This document shows positions 1 through 8,494 of a stretch of 29,080 nucleotides of DNA, piece after piece. The notes beneath the pieces are model-generated. The model was not told the DNA's origin. It was given only the letters and a program-made list of their open reading frames with translations, and searched no databases. Origin of the DNA: a virus (Duplodnaviria; Caudoviricetes); IMG/VR virus record IMGVR_UViG_3300044639_001642, positions 1 to 29,080 of that record, one strand, 5' to 3'. Numbering within the stretch: position 1 is the first letter of the stretch; each line of letters starts with the position of its first letter. Made by a program: the position numbers and the translations under genes.

Positions 1-402
1 TTATTGGGTATTAACTCTCTTTTGAATAAAGTATTCAAATTGGATTTTTGGTTGTGTGGACATAACATTAAAAACTTTGATATTCCTGTATTGAATAAAC
101 GTATGGTTATCAATGGAATTAAACCATCACCACTATTACCATCTTATGATACAAAACCTTGGGAAATAAAAGCCATTGATACTATGGATGTATGGAAAAT
201 GGGTAATAACTTTGCGTTATCATCATTGGAACTTATGTGTGCCGCTATGGGTGTTAAATCACCAAAAGAAGGTGAGGTTACAGGTAACCGAGTACACGAA
301 GCATACTACGATTTTAATCAACTTGATTTGATTGTTGAGTATTGTGAAAGAGATGTGATGGTATTAATTGATTTAATTAAAAAATTAAAAGAACTACAAT
401 AA
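1..402 (+). CDS. PolB-like 3'-5' exonuclease (DEDDy family), 5'-truncated by the window edge
   Basis: Frame is open from base 1. ExoII-like GHNIKNFDIP, a DTMDVW motif and ExoIII-like YCERDV, typical of standalone PolB-type exonucleases. Confidence 0.8.
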   Translation, partial: LLGINSLLNKVFKLDFWLCGHNIKNFDIPVLNKRMVINGIKPSPLLPSYDTKPWEIKAIDTMDVWKMGNNFALSSLELMCAAMGVKSPKEGEVTGNRVHEAYYDFNQLDLIVEYCERDVMVLIDLIKKLKELQ

Positions 403-403
403 T

Positions 404-1009
404 ATGAGCGACGAAAGACAAGAAATTGATTTATTACAACAAGAATTAAGTAACATTTTAAAACAACTTCAAGGTGAAATGGAAAATGAAAGTGAAATTG
501 AAGTTGAAGAAATTGGAGGTGTTAACTTAAAAGAACTTGAACAAACTTTTAATGATGGGCAACCAAAGATGGATTTAAAATTTGTTAAATGTCATCCTGA
601 TGCGGTATCACCAAGTTATAACTATCCGACAGATTCAGGATTTGATTTACATTCAACTGAAAGTGTTGGTGTTCCACCACAATCAAGAATGTTAATTGGT
701 ACTGGTTTGAAATTTAATATTAAAGATGGTTTTGAAATGCAAGTAAGACCTAAAAGTGGGTTGGCATTAAAACAAGGATTGACGGTTTTAAACACACCTG
801 GTACCGTTGATTCAGGATACGATGGAGAAGTTAAAGTTATTATATATAACTCAACACATGATACCGTTTACATAGAAAAAGGTCAAAAAATTGCTCAGGC
901 ATGTATTTGTCCAGTTGTTAATGGTAAATGGATAAACCCCGTTGAAGTTTCTGAAATTTCAGGAAAAGACAGAGGGGATAATGGTTTTGGTTCAACAGGA
1001 ATTAAATGA
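404..1009 (+). CDS. dut: Trimeric dUTPase with a ~50 aa acidic N-terminal extension
   Basis: dUTPase motifs SGFDL, RPKSGLA, GTVDSGYDGEV, KIAQ and RGDNGFGSTG. Confidence 0.95.
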   Translation: MSDERQEIDLLQQELSNILKQLQGEMENESEIEVEEIGGVNLKELEQTFNDGQPKMDLKFVKCHPDAVSPSYNYPTDSGFDLHSTESVGVPPQSRMLIGTGLKFNIKDGFEMQVRPKSGLALKQGLTVLNTPGTVDSGYDGEVKVIIYNSTHDTVYIEKGQKIAQACICPVVNGKWINPVEVSEISGKDRGDNGFGSTGIK

Positions 1010-2436
1010 TTACAATAGGATTTAGTACAAGGAAAATTAATGAAGATTACATAACACAATTAGAAAAAAGTTGTGGAAGTAAAAATGTTCAAATTATTCC
1101 AATTGAAAATAATGGTGAATACTCATTGTCTGAGGTTTATAATAAGATTTTAGAACAAGCCGAAAATGATATTGTTGTCTTATGTCATGATGATTTAAAA
1201 TTTGATACACATGGTTGGTTATATAAACTTAAATCTCATTTTGAAAAAAATCCTGAGTATGGAATTATTGGTTTAGCGGGTTCCAAATATATGCCAAAGT
1301 CTGGTATGTGGTGGGAAGTACAACCAACAATGTATGGTATTGTAAACCACGAAAATGAAGGTAAAAAATGGGAGTCAAAATATTCAAAAGAAATTGGAAA
1401 CAAACTTGAACCAACATTGATGGTTGACGGTTTGTTTTTTGCTGTTCACAAACAAAGAATTAAAAAGAATTTTGATGAAACTGTAAAAGGTTTTCATTTT
1501 TATGATGTTACTTTTTCATTCCAAAATTATTTGGAAGGTGTTAAAGTTGGTATTTGTACTGATATTCGTGTCACTCACCTTTCTATTGGTCAAACAAACG
1601 AACAATGGGAGTCAAACAGAGTTGAGTTTGCCAAAAAATTTGAAGATGTATTACCTGTTGATATTACAATTTCAGATAAAACATTAAAAACTTTTATATT
1701 TGTACACGACCAAGATTTGGTAGAATTGTTTGAAGAAAATGGTAAATTTAAAGGATTGAATAATTACACATACGTGTTTGTTGGTAATAGACCTGTTGAT
1801 AAAATTGAAAATTTATCAAATGTGATTATTTCTCGTAACTATGAAGGTCATTTAGAAGACTATCCAAAATTAACATCATTTAGTGGTTGGTATACATTGT
1901 GGAAACATAAACTAATTGATACTGAATATGTTAATTTATTTGAATATGATGTCAATTATGTACCTGATTTATTACCTAACATTTCAAAAATGTTTTATGA
2001 TAAACAAGAAATGATTGGATATATTCCATTTCCAGCACCACACCCAATGTTTATACAACACCCCCCATTTATTGACACACTTTTTAAATCAATTAAAAAG
2101 ACATATCGTGTAGACATACAAAAAGCATTAATGGGTGCTATTAGTGGTGGTAAAATGGGTTACTGGTCATCAACATCAAACACAACCTTTAGAAAAAATG
2201 TATTTGACCAATATATGAATTGGATATTACCAATGATAGATGAAATTAAAGTTGACCCAAATGCTGGTCATTTACATGAAAGGTCAATTACCATATTTGC
2301 ATCAATGAAGTATAAAAAAATGATTCTTACCAACGGTTTCTTAAAACATTACCAAATGGATTCACATAAAACACAAGGACATTATGTGGATGAAAAAAAT
2401 GTTATAAAAGAATTAACCGCAAACACAATGAATTAA
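1006..2436 (+). CDS. Two-domain glycosyltransferase: N-terminal GT-A (Glyco_tranf_2_5-like) plus a probable second GT-like domain
   Basis: SLSEVYN, LCHDD (DxD-like), GIIGLAGS, VDGLFFAV and FHFYDV in the N-terminal half. The C-terminal half (GWYTLWK..EYVNLFEYD..HERS) loosely resembles DUF4422-type GTs. Confidence 0.75.
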   Translation: MITIGFSTRKINEDYITQLEKSCGSKNVQIIPIENNGEYSLSEVYNKILEQAENDIVVLCHDDLKFDTHGWLYKLKSHFEKNPEYGIIGLAGSKYMPKSGMWWEVQPTMYGIVNHENEGKKWESKYSKEIGNKLEPTLMVDGLFFAVHKQRIKKNFDETVKGFHFYDVTFSFQNYLEGVKVGICTDIRVTHLSIGQTNEQWESNRVEFAKKFEDVLPVDITISDKTLKTFIFVHDQDLVELFEENGKFKGLNNYTYVFVGNRPVDKIENLSNVIISRNYEGHLEDYPKLTSFSGWYTLWKHKLIDTEYVNLFEYDVNYVPDLLPNISKMFYDKQEMIGYIPFPAPHPMFIQHPPFIDTLFKSIKKTYRVDIQKALMGAISGGKMGYWSSTSNTTFRKNVFDQYMNWILPMIDEIKVDPNAGHLHERSITIFASMKYKKMILTNGFLKHYQMDSHKTQGHYVDEKNVIKELTANTMN

Positions 2437-2443
2437 TTTTATT

Positions 2444-3259
2444 ATGAAGAATCAAAATGCAATTGTAGCTCTTGTTAGAGGATATCAAAACGTTAGTGGA
2501 TATGAAAGTCTTCTACAAAGAAACAAACAAATTTATGAAAATATTATTTTAAAGTCAGATGAAAAATTTGACTTTATTTTATTTCATGAAGGTAACATTA
2601 CTAAAGAACATCAGATTTACATAAAAAATAATTCAACAGGTTTAAATATTACTTTTTTGGATGTTAAAAAAAGTTATCCCAAAACTGCTTTTGACGACAA
2701 AAAAAATAAAATAAATGTGGATTTATGTCCACCAACAATTCAATCCATGTCATTTCCATTAGGATACAAACATATGTGTCATTTTTGGTCTATGGATTTT
2801 TTGGATTACCTATCTGACTACAAATATATCATTAGAATTGATGAGGATTGTTTTGTAACTAAGTTTGACACTGGTTTATTAAAACAAATGGAAGAAAATA
2901 AAATATACTTTTCCTCACCAATGTTTCAAGGTCAAGATGAAGACTATGTTATTGTAGGATTAAAAAGACTTTGGGAAAGTTTTATATCAGTTCATGGTGT
3001 TTCACCATACAAATCATTTGAAGAAATTAAATGTCCATATACCAACTTTATGGTTGTTGATGTTGAACACATTTTAAATAATGACATTGTGTGTGAATTT
3101 TTAGATGAAGTTGATGATTCTCACGGGATTTACAGTAATAGATGGGGTGATTTACCTATTTGGGGTGTGATACTATCAACATTTTTTGATAGTAAAAATT
3201 ATGAAGAAAATAAAAACATTTCCTATCATCACGGAAGTCATAGAACAAATATAAATTAA
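2444..3259 (+). CDS. GT15-like (Kre2/Mnt1-type alpha-1,2-mannosyltransferase-like) glycosyltransferase
   Basis: GYKHMCHFW, YIIRIDED, YTNF and GIYSNRWGDLPI match, in order, the GT15 motifs YRHMCRF, YYWRVEP, WSNF and FYERWGDAP. Confidence 0.7.
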   Translation: MKNQNAIVALVRGYQNVSGYESLLQRNKQIYENIILKSDEKFDFILFHEGNITKEHQIYIKNNSTGLNITFLDVKKSYPKTAFDDKKNKINVDLCPPTIQSMSFPLGYKHMCHFWSMDFLDYLSDYKYIIRIDEDCFVTKFDTGLLKQMEENKIYFSSPMFQGQDEDYVIVGLKRLWESFISVHGVSPYKSFEEIKCPYTNFMVVDVEHILNNDIVCEFLDEVDDSHGIYSNRWGDLPIWGVILSTFFDSKNYEENKNISYHHGSHRTNIN

Positions 3260-3260
3260 T

Positions 3261-4061
3261 ATGAAAGTAGACAGAGTAATTTTAGCAACTAATAACAATC
3301 CATTATATTATGATTTTTGGAATAATCTTTCTTTTACATACAAGAAAAAATTTGGTATTACACCAACTTTAATATTTTTTGGTACTGAAGAAGAATTATC
3401 TGAAATTAATTTATCTAAAGAATATGGTGATATCATAGTACAAGCACCAGTTCCCAATATTAAACCATGGCAATACACTTGGGGATTGTTTTACTTTACA
3501 AAATTTTTTGAAGATGAGGTTTGTGCGATTATGGGAATTGACCAAATACCTATGGGAACTTATTTTTTGGGTGATGTAATTCAAAATGTACCTGATGAAA
3601 ATTATGTGATGTTAATTGATGACCAATATAAGTTAGAAGGTAAATCTAAATTTACTTGGAACGAAAATGGTTTTAGTCCATCCGCATATCACATCGCCAA
3701 GGGTTCTACTTTTTGGGATGTTTATGATTTTGAGGAAACTTTTGAGGAAGAAATTATGAAACTTGAAAATTCAAATACTGTTACCATGTGGGGTGATAAA
3801 TGGGGAATGGACGAGGCATACAGTTGTAACAATTTAATGAAATTTAAATATAGAAAAAGAATTTCAGCATTAAGTAAATCTAAAGATTTCTTAAAAAGAC
3901 GTGTTGATTGTTACAGAAACATTGAAGTTCCATACGACACAACTTTATTAAAAAACAACTATTACATTGAGTGTCATTCTGTAAGACCATATTCTGAACA
4001 TAAAGAATATCTTGATACTTTATTTAACAACATACCTTATTTCGTTGACAATCATGAATAA
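3261..4061 (+). CDS. Hypothetical protein, possibly a GT-A fold glycosyltransferase
   Basis: 266 aa ORF packed tightly inside the glycan cluster. GIDQIP (DxD-like position) and WGMDEAY; no certain family. Confidence 0.45.
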   Translation: MKVDRVILATNNNPLYYDFWNNLSFTYKKKFGITPTLIFFGTEEELSEINLSKEYGDIIVQAPVPNIKPWQYTWGLFYFTKFFEDEVCAIMGIDQIPMGTYFLGDVIQNVPDENYVMLIDDQYKLEGKSKFTWNENGFSPSAYHIAKGSTFWDVYDFEETFEEEIMKLENSNTVTMWGDKWGMDEAYSCNNLMKFKYRKRISALSKSKDFLKRRVDCYRNIEVPYDTTLLKNNYYIECHSVRPYSEHKEYLDTLFNNIPYFVDNHE

Positions 4062-4839
4062 TCTAATACAAATGAACCGATTTTCCGAATTGCATGATGA
4101 CGAAAGAATTGTCTTTTGTAAGATTGACCATGTTATGGAAGATTTTAGAAGAGTTGCCACATTACCGCATAAAGTTGTTATGTTGATAATGAATGGTGAT
4201 TTTTCATTTACCCCTGAAATATTAAAACATAAACCAAGTAATGTTAAACATATTTTTGCAACCAATTCAACTGTTTATAACAATATGGTGACACCAATAC
4301 CAATTGGTGTTGAGAATCAATTTGAACCTAAACGAAAAGGTCATGGTATGATTAATAATGGTATTTTTGAAAAACTACCGTTTTTGTTGGGTGAACAAAC
4401 TGTTGAACCTGAATCATTTGAAGATAAACTGTATGCAAATTTTAATATTCAAACAAATTTTTTCTATAGAGATTTAGTAAAACAAATTTGTACAATATCA
4501 GATAATGTTAATTTTGAATACGGATTAACATATAAAGATTATGTTAAACGAATGAAAGAACATTTAGGTGTTGTTTCTCCAACAGGGAATGGATTAGAGT
4601 GTATTAGAACTTATGAAGCCTTATACCTTGATTGTATTCCTGTTTGTGTTGGAGACCAAAAAAAATATGAAGCCATATACAATGGGATTTATAAATTTTT
4701 ACCAATAGTTTTTATATCAAACCCTGGTGATTTAAATAATATCCAATTAATAAAGTCAGAAATAAACAGAGTTAAAAACAATAGTAAAGAATTGATTGAT
4801 TACGAATATTGGATTGACCAAATAATGAAAAAAGTCTAA
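4054..4839 (+). CDS. Exostosin/GT47-like glycosyltransferase
   Basis: SPTGNGLECIRTYEALYLDCIPV matches the exostosin-like signature (SPxGxGxDCHRxWEALxxGCIP). Start moved to the ATG at 4054, which overlaps the end of the previous gene. Confidence 0.7.
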   Translation: MNNLIQMNRFSELHDDERIVFCKIDHVMEDFRRVATLPHKVVMLIMNGDFSFTPEILKHKPSNVKHIFATNSTVYNNMVTPIPIGVENQFEPKRKGHGMINNGIFEKLPFLLGEQTVEPESFEDKLYANFNIQTNFFYRDLVKQICTISDNVNFEYGLTYKDYVKRMKEHLGVVSPTGNGLECIRTYEALYLDCIPVCVGDQKKYEAIYNGIYKFLPIVFISNPGDLNNIQLIKSEINRVKNNSKELIDYEYWIDQIMKKV

Positions 4840-4840
4840 A

Positions 4841-5305
4841 ATGAATAAAATTTTTATACATAGTACATCTATTGTTGAAACTGAAAAAATTGGTGATGGA
4901 ACCAAAATTTGGGCTTTTTCACATATATCATCAAATGTAACCATCGGTAATAATTGTGTGATTGGTGAAGGTGTTCATATCGGTCCAAATGTAGTAATAG
5001 GAAACAACTGTAAGATACAAAATCATTCATTACTTTACGATGGTGTAACATTAGAAGATGATGTGTTTTTAGGACCAAACACCGTAACCACAAATGATTT
5101 TATTCCTCAAGTAGGTGGTGATTGGAAAAATTCAGATAGATTTAAAAAAACTTTATTTAAAAAAGGATGTTCTATTGGTGCCAATTCTACTATTATTTGT
5201 GGTATAACAATCGGGGAAAATTCTTTAATTGGAGCTGGTAGTGTTATTACCAAAGACATACCATCAGATTCAAAAGCATATGGAAATCCCGCAAAATTAA
5301 AATAA
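4841..5305 (+). CDS. Hexapeptide-repeat (left-handed beta-helix) sugar N-acetyltransferase, WbpD/WlbB/WxcM-like
   Basis: IGDGTKIWAFSHI, repeated IGxNCxI hexapeptides, VFLGPN..TND, IGAGSVITKD and YGNPAK. Confidence 0.9.
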   Translation: MNKIFIHSTSIVETEKIGDGTKIWAFSHISSNVTIGNNCVIGEGVHIGPNVVIGNNCKIQNHSLLYDGVTLEDDVFLGPNTVTTNDFIPQVGGDWKNSDRFKKTLFKKGCSIGANSTIICGITIGENSLIGAGSVITKDIPSDSKAYGNPAKLK

Positions 5306-5306
5306 T

Positions 5307-6116
5307 ATGCCTGAAATAGTAAGAGAAATATTTGAGAACTATGTCAAAGAGACATTTGATTTAAAAGATTGTATTGCAGTAAATAATGGAACTAGTGCTC
5401 TTATTGCACCATTGTGGTCTATGGATTTTCAAGATGGTGATGAAGTTATTACAACACCATTTACCTTTATTGCAACAACAAACGCAATTATCATTGCCGG
5501 TGCAAAACCTGTATTTGTAGACATTAATCCAAATACATTATTAATTGATGTTGATAAAATAGAGGAAGCAATAACCCCAAAAACAAGGGCCATATTACCA
5601 GTCCATCTATACGGTAGAATATGTGATATGGATAGGATTAATGAAATCGCCAATAAACATAATTTAGTAGTCATTGAAGATACAAGTCAATCTTTTTCCG
5701 CTCAGGATGAACACAACAGATTTGCAGGGATGATGAGTGACTGTGGGACATTTAGTTTCTATAAGACTAAAAATATTTCAACCTTTGAAGGTGGAATGAT
5801 TTGTATACCTAAAAATTCTAAATTGGATTCTAAAAAAATTAGAAGTATTTGTAATCAAGGGCAGGATGGAAGATATAATCATGTCCATATTGGTTTTAAT
5901 TTTAGGTTGGCAGAACCATTGTGTTTAATGGCTTATGAACAAATGAAATTACATATGACCGGAATTAAATCTGAACTTGGATTAAGAGGTCCAAATCAAG
6001 GACATTATCCAAATGTGGTTTATGAACAACCAATTTATAAATCCAAAGTAATAACAGGAAATTGTCCGATTGCCGAGGAAATTGCTAGAAAAATCAGGAA
6101 TAATGAAAAAGTATAA
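5307..6116 (+). CDS. DegT/DnrJ/EryC1/StrS PLP-dependent sugar aminotransferase (WbpE/WlbC-like), unusually short
   Basis: NNGTSAL, DEVITTPFTFIAT, AILPVHLYG, VIEDTSQS, FSFYKTKN..EGG (PLP lysine) and GFNFR. Only 269 aa. Confidence 0.9.
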   Translation: MPEIVREIFENYVKETFDLKDCIAVNNGTSALIAPLWSMDFQDGDEVITTPFTFIATTNAIIIAGAKPVFVDINPNTLLIDVDKIEEAITPKTRAILPVHLYGRICDMDRINEIANKHNLVVIEDTSQSFSAQDEHNRFAGMMSDCGTFSFYKTKNISTFEGGMICIPKNSKLDSKKIRSICNQGQDGRYNHVHIGFNFRLAEPLCLMAYEQMKLHMTGIKSELGLRGPNQGHYPNVVYEQPIYKSKVITGNCPIAEEIARKIRNNEKV

Positions 6117-7116
6117 AGTAGGAATTATTGGGTGTGGGGCAATATTACCCAGACATTTAGAAGCAATAAACGCCAACCCAAATTTTGAATTAACCGCCCT
6201 GTGTGATATTCAAAAAGATTTGGTAGAAAGTCTTTCAAAAAAACATAATGTATTACCATATACTGACTACAAAGAAATGGTAATGTCTAAAAATGTGGAC
6301 TTTGTCACTATCGCAACACCAAACTCACTACACCATGAACAATCAATTTTTTCATTAAAAAACGGTTGTGATATTTTAGTTGAGAAACCAGTTTCATTTT
6401 CTGTTGAAGAAATTGAAGACATTATTAAAGTATCTAAAAAACACAAACAAGAAGTTTTTTGTGTTTTACAAGTAAGATTAAACCCAACAGTTCAATTACT
6501 AAAAGAAATCATAAGTAATAATTTATTGGGTGATATTAGAGCGGTAAATCTTGTTCAAAGATGGCAAAGACCGATTGAATATTTTACAGGATGGAGGTCA
6601 ATACCATCAATAGGTGGTGGTACATTATATGAAGTTGGAATACATTATTTAGATGTGTTTCAATATGTCTTTGGAAAACCAAAAGTCCACAGTTCAAAAG
6701 TTTATAGCACCAAACATACCTCAGTTGATATTGAAGATACAATATATTCAATTTTTGATTTTAATACTTTTGGTGGAACTTGTGAAATAACAATTGCTGC
6801 AGAACCAAGAAACCTTGAATGTTCATTATCTATTTTAGGTGCCAATGGATTTGTCAAAATTGGTGGAAAGGCATTAAATATTGTTGAATCTGCAAATTTT
6901 TTATCTCATGGGTCTCAAACAGAATTTGATAAAATTAGAAAAAAATATAAAATATCTAATGAACCAAATAACTATGGTTCATATGAAGGTTCTTGTCCTA
7001 ATCACCCATTTGTTTACCAAAATTTAAATGAATTTAAAATGGAAGAATCAATTAATGTTATTTCGTTAATTGATGAGATATATGAAAAATCAAATATAAA
7101 ATATAGAATAAAATAA
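6103..7116 (+). CDS. Gfo/Idh/MocA NAD-dependent oxidoreductase, WlbA/WbpB-like (UDP-sugar C3 dehydrogenase)
   Basis: GIIGCGAI, IATPNSLH, LVEKP, WQRPIEYF, GGGTLYEVGIHYLD and IEDT. Start moved to the ATG at 6103. Confidence 0.88.
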   Translation: MKKYKVGIIGCGAILPRHLEAINANPNFELTALCDIQKDLVESLSKKHNVLPYTDYKEMVMSKNVDFVTIATPNSLHHEQSIFSLKNGCDILVEKPVSFSVEEIEDIIKVSKKHKQEVFCVLQVRLNPTVQLLKEIISNNLLGDIRAVNLVQRWQRPIEYFTGWRSIPSIGGGTLYEVGIHYLDVFQYVFGKPKVHSSKVYSTKHTSVDIEDTIYSIFDFNTFGGTCEITIAAEPRNLECSLSILGANGFVKIGGKALNIVESANFLSHGSQTEFDKIRKKYKISNEPNNYGSYEGSCPNHPFVYQNLNEFKMEESINVISLIDEIYEKSNIKYRIK

Positions 7117-7121
7117 AAGGT

Positions 7122-7724
7122 ATGGGTGCTCAATTTGGAATAGACGACCTAATATTAAAAAATTTAGGAAATGATAAAATTTTTGTTGAGGCTGGTGGGT
7201 CTCATCCTGATGACCAGAATAACACATCATTATTGGAAAAATTTGGGTGGAGTGGTCTAATTGTTGAACCGAAATTACTTTATAATGATTTGTACAAAAA
7301 AACAAGACCTAAAACAATTGTTGAAAATTATGTACTTGTCCCTAACGAATATAATAATGAAACCATAGATGGTGATTTTAGTCATTATATGATGGGAGGT
7401 GTTGTAAATATACATAATTTAGATTGGAACCCCGAACCTCATAACGCAATACAATTGTCTAAATTATTAAAAAAACATAATTTAACTGAAGTACATTTTA
7501 TGAGTTTAGATGTTGAAGGTTATGAAGAACAGGTTTTAAAAGGTGTTAATTTTGATGAAGTTTTTTTTCACGTTATTGATGTTGAAAATCATGGTCAAAT
7601 AGGGGTAGTTCAAGACTTTTCATTTTTAAATGATTTTGGTTTTGAAAAAGTTGGTGTAGTTGAAAACTCACATGAAATTTATATAAACAAAAACAGTCCT
7701 TTTAAAGAAACTTTTGTTTTTTAA
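7122..7724 (+). CDS. FkbM-family SAM-dependent methyltransferase
   Basis: FVEAGG..D..NNTSLLEKFGWSGLIVEP and FMSLDVEGYE motifs. Confidence 0.85.
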   Translation: MGAQFGIDDLILKNLGNDKIFVEAGGSHPDDQNNTSLLEKFGWSGLIVEPKLLYNDLYKKTRPKTIVENYVLVPNEYNNETIDGDFSHYMMGGVVNIHNLDWNPEPHNAIQLSKLLKKHNLTEVHFMSLDVEGYEEQVLKGVNFDEVFFHVIDVENHGQIGVVQDFSFLNDFGFEKVGVVENSHEIYINKNSPFKETFVF

Positions 7725-7747
7725 CATAGTTGGTTTTAGTAATTAGT

Positions 7748-8494
7748 ATGGTTACATTAGAGTATAATGGTAGATTAGGTAATAGTTTAATACAATATGT
7801 AACTTCATTATTTTTTGCAAAAAAATTTAATCTGCAATTTAAAAACCCACCATTTTGTAATTCAGATAATTGGGGTCTTTTAATTAAAGAACCGCAAATA
7901 GATGGACTGGTTGGTAAAGAAAACAAAAAAGTCAATGATGATAATTTTATGGAATTATTTGATACTGACACAACAAATCCATACCATTACCACTTTAATG
8001 GGTTTTTCCAAAAAAAAGAGTTTTTTACAAAATACGAATCTGAAATAAAATCTTTATTGAATATAAATCATAAAAGTATCAATAAAGATTTGGTTTTTGT
8101 TCATTACAGAATTGGTGACATTGAAGGTGATAGAAGAATGTTACCTTTAGAATATTACATTGAGGCTTTAGAAACCACAAAATTTAATGGTGGTTATATT
8201 GCTTCGGATTCACTAAACCATAATCATTGTCTATATTTAATTAACAAATATAAATTAAAACCCATTCAGGGACTATCACCAATTAATACGATATATTTAG
8301 GAAAAAATTTTAATAATTTGATTTTATCTGAAGGAACTTTTTCATGGTGGATTGGGTTTTTAAGTAGAGCTGAAAACATAATTTCTAACAAACGAGACTT
8401 TATGTGGCATGGTGATATTTTTTTAGACAGATGGAAAAAACTATATTGGGATTATAATGATAAAACACCAATTAATTTAAAAAATAATATATGA
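7748..8494 (+). CDS. GT11 alpha-1,2-fucosyltransferase-like glycosyltransferase
   Basis: GRLGNSLIQY, VHYRIGD (HxRxGD) and ILSEGTFSWWIGFL. Start moved to the ATG at 7748. Confidence 0.85.
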   Translation: MVTLEYNGRLGNSLIQYVTSLFFAKKFNLQFKNPPFCNSDNWGLLIKEPQIDGLVGKENKKVNDDNFMELFDTDTTNPYHYHFNGFFQKKEFFTKYESEIKSLLNINHKSINKDLVFVHYRIGDIEGDRRMLPLEYYIEALETTKFNGGYIASDSLNHNHCLYLINKYKLKPIQGLSPINTIYLGKNFNNLILSEGTFSWWIGFLSRAENIISNKRDFMWHGDIFLDRWKKLYWDYNDKTPINLKNNI

